The translations under genes were made by a program, and so were the position numbers. From the NCBI RefSeq assembly GCF_031769215.1, contig NW_026782147.1, positions 558,001 through 622,000 of the forward strand: 64,000 nucleotides of DNA. Direction: 5' to 3'. Positions 57,201 to 64,000 of the stretch are shown here, in pieces (the first letter of the stretch is position 1; every line of letters starts with the position of its first letter). Source of the stretch: Ylistrum balloti (Eukaryota). The notes beneath the pieces were generated by a model. The model made no database searches. It had not been told where the DNA came from and was given only the letters and a program-made list of their open reading frames with translations.

Positions 57201-60003
57201 TCAATGCCAAGAAGCTGTTAGCGACATTGCTAAACACGGCGGAAGAAGCATATTTATAAAAGACGTAATAAAATGTATTGTCAACAGCAAGAGAGATTCA
57301 AGTACTGGTCCAGTGGCTGTACTTCAACGTCTACTGCAGGTTGTTGATTCTAACATTTTAACCAACTTCATTCGTGTCACTCTGCAAAGAGTTTTGTCAG
57401 ACATTGGCAGTGCAACTAGGACCGGTCAGCTACAACACGAGACCTCGTTTTATGTTAGATCAGATGTGCACTTACAGTCTGTCACTTCTCTCATAGCTCA
57501 CAATGTCGTAAGAAACTTGATGGCGAGAATTGATCACACACTTGTTGTGCAAGGAAAGTTATCGTCGGATGAAGAGCTTCTTCCAGTTCGGTTAGACTCC
57601 AATGATTATGACTACATACAAAGCCTTTATGACAAAGAACCTGACAAGTGCGTATCTTACTCCTCAAATGAGGTCGGCGGTCTTATACTGGACACACTTA
57701 ACAATATTGTTTCTAATCTACGTCTCGAAAGGTCAATGTCTCTATCAGCTGACAACGTATCGTCTGAAATTTTGCACGATTTTGTTTTGGAAAAACTTCA
57801 AATCATTGTTGAGAATATGCAAGATCAGATGGCTCTGGGCCACCAATGGCAGCCTAGTGGATTGATTGACCTAGAGACGCAGGATTCCAAATCAAAAGTT
57901 GCATCTTTTCTTGATATGGATAACAAGCAAGCCACCGACTTTGTAGCCCAGGTATTGCAAGAAGTCGTGCATGACATGTCGTCCGAAGTAACAGCTGTTG
58001 CACATCAACAAACTATGGACGGAACTGTCGAGGAGCAAACATCCACTCTGACCTTGGAGGTAGAAAACATTGTCGTCGCAACCCTGCAAGATATCATTGA
58101 CGACTTCAACGATGCAAAACGTGCATGTTCAGCAAAAATTCAACAAGAGATTTCTAAACGGAAAACATTGGATGCATTGGTGCAGATAAAACGAGATGTT
58201 GTAGAGGGTCAAGATGCATTTGTGAGAGAGGCGGTGTTGCGTATCATGGAATCTTCTGTGAAACCGGGATCAAACGAACTTGAAAACGACTTCGTTGAAA
58301 ATACGATCAATCTAATTATCAACAACATTGAAGTGGACAACATAAAGGTATCAGATTTATACCAAGTAGACTCCTTCACAGAAATTGCGAGTGACCCTAT
58401 CAAAATAGACTTTCAGTCTACAGTCAGTGCAGCGTCTCTTAGTCCAAGTGAAGAGAGAGGCAGAGTTCTTGATCGACCGTCTATGAGTCTCCAAAAGATG
58501 ATTTCTATGACAAACAGGATGCTTAAATTTCACGAAGAGGAAACACATAGAAGTCATAACTCTCTGGGTGTGTCTTCGTGCACTATACCGAAGCTTCAGA
58601 GGAGCTCTACTTTGGTTAACATTGCGAGCGCGATCCATCACTCCATTGATATGACAATCGATAGAGTTAAAGAAGGCACACTCAGCGATGACGAGATTGT
58701 AACACTGGCCACAGCTCTTTCACAGAGCATGCTAGATGGTGGTGCTGAGCAAGTTCTCAACTCTGCCTCAGTTGACGCGTCCATTGAAGATTTCATTGTT
58801 GTGATGCTAGAAGAAAAGAGGCGCGAAATTGAGCAGAATGGGTTGGATTCTAAGAGTATCATTACTGTCACAGATCACATGCTCGGAATACATGCAAGGG
58901 AAAACGCTTCAAAAGACAGAGCTGAAAAAAGTCCAAGTGTTTCCTCCATCTCATCGGATAAGATTGCTGGTTTTGTTCACAACATTTTGCAAAATATCGC
59001 TAACAGCCTTTCTCAAATGGATATAGAGAATGGTAATACTCCAATAGGTGCTGTCGATAATATTGAAAAAAGTGATTCCGTCGAAACACAGAATTCAGGG
59101 ACAGAAAGTATAAGTAAACAAAATATAAACCCAAATGCAGTTCTGCCGAGGATCAATAAGGCATCCAGTAGCTCCCATATCATCCCAACACAGATAGATT
59201 GTTTTACCGAAGTTGGAAATGCAATGATACCGGCGTCATTAAAAGATGGCCAGCTAGCGAAGAGGCCGCAAGAGCAGTGCCTTCAAAAGGAGAGACGTTC
59301 TTCGAGCAAAAAACATTTAAAAACTGAAAATACGAAACAAAAATCCAAACAACCAGATCATACTAACGCTTCAAAGAAAATTACTGGATACCATTCATCA
59401 GATCGAGGAAGAAAACAAACTAGTAAAGTAGTTTTAACCCCTCCTATAAATAAGCGACCTTTGATTCCACAATGTCGTTCTTCACAGACGACACCACTGA
59501 GCAAGTGCGGGCAGCATATGTCTCAGACAAAGGCGTCACTGGAAAAGACGATGAATCATTCACAAAACGTTACACCAAAACAACTGGTTCCTACGTTGTC
59601 TCCGGTGTCTCAACTACAACATATTTTACCGTCATCTCTTAAAAAGAAAAAGACACGCACAGACGAGAAGTCGAACTATAATATACCCAAAGTTCATTCT
59701 CAAGATTGCATGAAACCACAGAGAGACGTGCAACCGATTCGAGCGCAAGCGAAAGACAACAAACCCTGCATGAGCAGCAGACCAGCTCACAAGAAAAAGG
59801 TCTCGGAGGATACCATTGGGCGGGGTAAGGGAAGTGAGGAGGAAAAGATCAAAGTACCTGGAATGTTACCTGTTCGAGCACCACTGAATCTGGTCCCTAG
59901 TTGTCCCCCTGTCGATAAGAGGCCCATCCCTACGGAGATCAAGTCAATTTGTGGTTCACATAAGACAAGGATCAGAGTCATCAAGGATAACAATGATGAG
60001 TAA
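45069..60003 (+). CDS. FSIP2: Fibrous sheath-interacting protein 2-like, 12 exons, about 2193 aa
   Basis: Exon 2 encodes FDLSDPYCHVFSNDYHPLHDRHL...FLTDDNKVVCTLKEFNRYRQYL, matching the FSIP2 N-terminal signature as I recall it (NLTDPYC...Y..LHDPHL...NNKVVCTLRELNKYRQYL). The exon lengths sum to 6582 nt, divisible by 3. A giant internal-type exon is also FSIP2-like. Confidence 0.8.
46252..46509 (+). CDS. FSIP2: FSIP2-like exon 2 (conserved DPYC/LHD/NKVVCTLKE domain)
   Basis: 258 nt, ttccag|AAA...GAG|GTATAT. Confidence 0.9.
46571..46734. other. Assembly gap (N run)
   Basis: Run of N in FSIP2-like intron 2. Confidence 0.99.
46769..46890 (+). CDS. FSIP2: FSIP2-like exon 3 (KEEYLNAQKE...KQRTRTRQ)
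   Basis: 122 nt, phase 0/2; bridges exons 2 and 4. Confidence 0.8.
47260..47401 (+). CDS. FSIP2: FSIP2-like exon 4, coiled coil (IEQLLKEKADRLQRR...AQHQLQ)
   Basis: 142 nt, phase 2/0. Confidence 0.85.
47734..47844 (+). CDS. FSIP2: FSIP2-like exon 5 (EKKRNRRLIQRWKIRE...FDQKKK)
   Basis: 111 nt, donor AAG|GTAATT. The acceptor taaag was chosen because it preserves phase, so it is less certain. Confidence 0.65.
48411..48605 (+). CDS. FSIP2: FSIP2-like exon 6 (SFEMWETRKQIQRE...IVSYNK)
   Basis: 195 nt, phase 0/0; charged coiled coil. Confidence 0.82.
49733..49850 (+). CDS. FSIP2: FSIP2-like exon 7 (LNAMKETMRKQ...RAWARHQ)
   Basis: 118 nt. Tandem acceptor ttttcagcacag: only the distal AG keeps the frame open. 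Confidence 0.75.
50820..50924 (+). CDS. FSIP2: FSIP2-like exon 8 (KRRRARRARFRSMW...SNVLR)
   Basis: 105 nt, phase 1/1; donor CGAG|GTAATG. Confidence 0.78.
51284..51357 (+). CDS. FSIP2: FSIP2-like exon 9 (RKSASGFLQMLNEAVDDLHETPEE)
   Basis: 74 nt, phase 1/0. Confidence 0.78.
51836..51937 (+). CDS. FSIP2: FSIP2-like exon 10 (LFGGDSKQARQDDDVLIREQARQIVDSVITKVRT)
   Basis: 102 nt, phase 0/0; donor ACG|GTAAGG. Confidence 0.8.
52050..53585. repeat. 42-bp purine- and CpG-rich tandem array (gagagtgagaacacgacggcgagggagtgtgatcacaacagc), interrupted by a gap at 52104-52665
   Basis: Visible periodicity on both sides of the N run; true length is unknown. Confidence 0.95.
53925..53973 (+). CDS. FSIP2: FSIP2-like exon 11 (ELYPEYLRSLEQANQD)
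   Basis: 49 nt, phase 0/1; supplies the phase needed for the giant exon. Confidence 0.75.
54170..54815. repeat. 33-bp tandem array with hairpin core (GTGTTATGttatCATAACACacaattctccttc), about 16-19 copies
   Basis: Visible periodicity; explains ORF 54244..54738. Confidence 0.93.
54869..60003 (+). CDS. FSIP2: FSIP2-like giant exon 12 (about 1710 codons; acidic helical repeats followed by a basic low-complexity tail)
   Basis: 1718-aa uninterrupted ORF in the track. The acceptor catgacag|GT at 54868/9 is in phase with exon 11, so the track start at 54847 is probably intronic. Confidence 0.88.
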
Positions 60004-60058
60004 AGCGAAAGTAAGTAGTTTTACCTATCTCATACGTGTCTTTGTAAACAAAATCATG

Positions 60059-61945
60059 TCGGGGTCCTGTATACAGTTGATTTGGTGTATCGGGTCCTGT
60101 ATACAGTTGATTTGGTGTATCGGGTCCTGTATACAGTTGATTTGGTGTATCGGGTCCTGTATACAGTTGATTTGGTGTATAGGGTCCTGTATACAGTTGA
60201 TTTGGTGTACCGGGTCCTGTATACAGTTGATTTGGTGTATCGGGTCCTGTATACAGTTGATTTGGTGTATCAGATCCTGTATACAGTTGATTTGGTGTAT
60301 CGGGTCCTGTATACAGTTGATTTGGTGTATCGGGTCCTGTATACAGTTGATTTGGTGTATCGGGTCCAGTATACAGTTGATTTGGTGTATCGGGTCCTGT
60401 ATACAGTATATTTGGTGTATTGGGTCCTGTATACAGTTGATTTGGTGTATCGGATCCTGTATACAGTTGATTTGGTGTATCGGGTCCTGTATACAGTATA
60501 TTTGGTGTATTGGGTCCTGTATACAGTTGATTTGGTGTATCGGATCCTGTATACAGTTGATTTGGTGTATCGGGTCCTGTATACAGTATATTTGGTGTAT
60601 TGGGTCCTGTATACTGTTGATTTGGTGTATCGGATCCTGTATACAGTTGATTTGGTGTATCGGATCCTGTATACAGTTGATTTGGTGTATCGGGTCCTGT
60701 ATACAGTTGATTTGGTGTATCGGGTCCTGTGTACAGTTGATTTGGTGTATTGGGTCCTGTATACAGTTGATTTGGTGTATCAGATCCTGTATACAGTTGA
60801 TTTGGTGTATCGGGTCCTGTATACAGAAGATTTGGTGTATCGGGTCCTGTATACAGTTGATTTGGTATATCGGGTCCTGTATACAATATATTTGGTGTAT
60901 CGGGTCCTGTATACAGTATATTTAGTGTATCGGGTCCTGTATACAGTATATTTGGTGTGTCGGGTCCTGTATACAGTAGATTTAGTATATCAGGTCCTGT
61001 ATACAGAAGATTTGATGTATCGGGTCCTGTATACGGTTGATTTGGTGTATCGGGTCCTGTATACAGTTGATTTGGTGTATCGGGTCCTGTATACAGTCGA
61101 TTCCGTGTATCGGGTCCTGTATACAGTTTATTCCGTGTATCGGGTCCTGTATACTGTATATTTGGTGTATCGGGTCCTGTATACAGTTGATTTGGTGTAT
61201 CGGGTCCTGTATACAGTTTATTCCGTGTATCGGGTCCTGTATACAGAAGATTTGGTGTATCGGGTCCTGTATACAGTATATTTGGTGTGTCGGGTCCTGT
61301 ATACAGTTGATTTGGTGTATCGGGTCCTGTATACAGTAGATTTGGTGTATCGGGTCCTGTATATAGAAAATTTGGTGTATCGGGTCCTGTATACAGTTGA
61401 TTTGGTGTATCGGGTCCTGTATACAGTTGATTCCGAGTATCGGGTCCTTTATACAGTTTATTCCGTGTATCGGGTCCTGTATACAGTTGATTTGGTGTAT
61501 CGGGTCCTGTATGCAGTTGATTTGGTGTATCGAGTCCTGTATACAGTTGATTTGGTGTATCGGGTCCTGTATACAGTTGATTTGGTGTATCGGGTCCTGT
61601 ATGCAGTTGATTTGGTGTATCGAGTCCTGTATACAGTTGATTTGGTGTATCGGGTCCTGTATACAGTTGATTTGGTGAATCGGGTCCTGCATACAGTTGA
61701 TTTGGTGTGTCGGGTCCTGTATACAGTTGATTTGGTGTATCAGGTCCTGTATACAGTTGATTTGGTGTATCGGGTCCTGTATACAGTCGATGCCGTGTAT
61801 CGGGTCCTGTATACAGTAGTCCTGTATACAGTTTATTTGGTTATCGGGTCCTGTATACAGTTGATTTGGTGTATCAGGTCCTGTATACAGAAGATTTGGT
61901 GTATCAGGTCCAGTATACAGTTGATTTGGTGTATCAGATCCAGTT
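60059..61945. repeat. 30-bp tandem array, about 62 copies (cgggtcCTGTATACAGttgatttggtgtat)
   Basis: Visible periodicity. The unit is a multiple of 3 and mostly stop-free, which produces the spurious 301-637 aa ORFs. Confidence 0.98.
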
Positions 61946-64000
61946 TTATAGCATTTGTAGTTGTTTTCATGTATCGTCATTGGGTATTCGGTTAGGAACA
62001 AACGTTGACAAATAAATGTAGGAATTACTGGATATCATTTACCTATGAATCGATCTCATCAAGTCCAGAACCCTTGTTTCACTTTGTTTTCGGTTCTTTG
62101 TTACGTGGAGGTCTGACGGAGCCTTGTTACACGGAAGCACAGAGGGGACATATTCTATATTTTCTATTACGCTAGCACGTAATGAAAAATGTGAAATGTT
62201 TCCCTAACACATGCGCACGTACATGTAATAACTTTAGTTAGTGTATAGTATTCTATGTCGTGCGCACGTATTAAAAGTAGCTATACAAGTTGTATATTAT
62301 TTAATTATGTGCCCACGTGAGTTATTATACGCACAGGTAATAAAAAATCCATTACTTTTGTGAGTCTGTTCGACAACTGTCGAAAGCATGCGTGGTAACT
62401 TCAAACTTTTAGTAGTGTAAAATTTGAAATAGGATTCCAACAGGTCACTTTTCCGATTTATGTAGATACGATTTAACATCAGTTTCCTCTCATATGAGGT
62501 TGATGATACGAGTCTCTGAATCTCTCGTGAGCTCCTGACGAGATAAAATGGTCAACTCGTTACGATTTTCAAAAAAATCCTATGAAAAGGAAGGACATGT
62601 AACACACTATTATTACATCTGCTTTTGTAAACATTTGCAACGACTGATAATATTGACAATCTAATCTGGCGAAATTCCAACTATATACATGTACTTCTTT
62701 ATCTAATTATCAACCTCACAATGCATATGACGTCATGGATCTAGAGATATCAAGGCACACGGGGAATAACTGGAACCTTTGTCCAGTCACATGGGCCTTG
62801 TCACACTCATAAGAGAGAAGTTAAGCGACAAATAACTAGCGATCATAACAAAACACTCGATTGGTTTAAATTGAGAAAATATTTTCAGTAAGATAATATT
62901 CATGATGTAGTGAGCCTCTGTAAATGTTGGCTTGGAATATTAACTTTGTTATAACGTTTACATTATTTAATATCTGAAGAGTATATCAAATGTAGATGAA
63001 GAGTGACTATATAACGATATATAGACCATTGGTCGGTAGTTTGTACCAAATCCATGCCTGAAGAATATTTAACACAGCAAACTTTGTCTTAAGCCTTAAT
63101 ATTTGGTTTCCTTTTTATTGCAGATTCGAAGCGAGGAAAAAGAAAATGATTATTTAGTGAAAAATAAAAATATTTTTAAACAAAATTTGTTAATGCTTTT
63201 GTAATAATTCTCAATAAATTTTTTTTTTTACAAAAGGAAGGCAAAATCATTACCTATGAAACACTTAAGTGGGACAAGTATTTTTATATCTTAAACACTC
63301 GACTGTGGCTTATCTATTTGTTATACACGTCAACGGTCATGTATTAAACCGGAAGCAGTAGGTTACACCACTTGGGCGTCATTGACAACGCCAACGCCAA
63401 TGAAATAAGTTCCGAGAACTACTTACAGATAACATTTTTATTTACTTTCTGAAAGTATATACGTGTATATCTTGTCCCATTACATTTCAATTTCTTAAAT
63501 ATTTCCTGGAAACATTCATATTTTACAAGTTTTAAGGACAAACATTCACAATACTCTGTTACTTTTGATCCTAGTATATATAGTGTAGAATATTACAGAC
63601 GTGGCTTCTCCATCTTTGGTCTCTGTAAGGTTCAGAAAAGATAAGATTTAATTCTAACTATGTTTTCCAGACAGATTGAGGCGAGAGCGATACAGTGTCT
63701 AGCTACATATACATATGAGGACACTTCTAGTTCATTAAAGACCTAAGCTTACTTCAGAGTCCACACGAACAACACTTTACTGCTGTTTGGTCAGGTCCCC
63801 CCCCATCCCCCCTCTCCCCTCCCAAGTTAGATTTCTACTACCATTCAAATTAAAGTTTAAGTCTTACGGTGGTATTGCTTACTCCAGAAATGGAATGATT
63901 GAGATGTGGATTTTGACCAATCTTGATCATTTGCCCGTAAAAGACGTCTCTTCTGTAAGAACAGATTTCTCGCCTTCCTATTCAAACTCAAGGAACGCTA

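Noticed and set aside
54921-59993. Antisense ORFs within the giant exon
   Set aside because: These are the usual shadow ORFs opposite a long coding frame, with no independent signals.
836-61945. Regularly spaced palindromic repeats as possible CRISPR arrays
   Set aside because: There are no unique spacers and no cas genes, and the context is spliced eukaryotic genes.
59951-62001. Long ORFs of 301-637 aa on both strands (VYRVLYTVDL, CIGSCIQLIW, YTGPDTPNQL, CIQDPIHQIN repeats)
   Set aside because: These are translations of a 30-bp minisatellite that is open in several frames at once. Variants do not respect codon position, and there is no splice or start context.

Overview
AT-rich animal genomic DNA. 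It is probably a lophotrochozoan such as a bivalve mollusc, which is an inference from repeat style only. It is not prokaryotic, and there are no CRISPR arrays or rRNA/tRNA genes. Two spliced genes lie head-to-head. (1) Minus strand: an SBF1/SBF2 (MTMR5/MTMR13)-like gene, with ATG at 43808. I traced 29 phase-consistent GT-AG exons (4015 coding nt) down to 9661 and a probable 30th near 6480-6584. They cover DENN, SBF2, PH-GRAM and the start of the myotubularin region, and the gene runs off the left edge. (2) Plus strand: an FSIP2-like gene, with ATG at 45069. It has 11 small exons plus one 5.1-kb exon ending at TAA 60003, giving about 2193 aa by my exon sum. The introns hold about 18 tandem arrays or local duplications (28-96 bp units), a TA-flanked MITE, a tRNA-headed SINE, an L1/Tx1-type LINE remnant and two assembly gaps. 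Most long ORFs in the supplied track are translations of tandem repeats. The most striking observation is that three SBF introns are partly or largely built from tandem amplifications of their own exon-end/5' splice-donor junction (exons 2, 4 and 19, at three divergence levels), and two acceptor-junction copies also occur. Also notable are a CRE/X-box/CRE composite upstream of the FSIP2-like ATG and repeated AKAP-like amphipathic helices in that protein. All coordinates were counted by hand.
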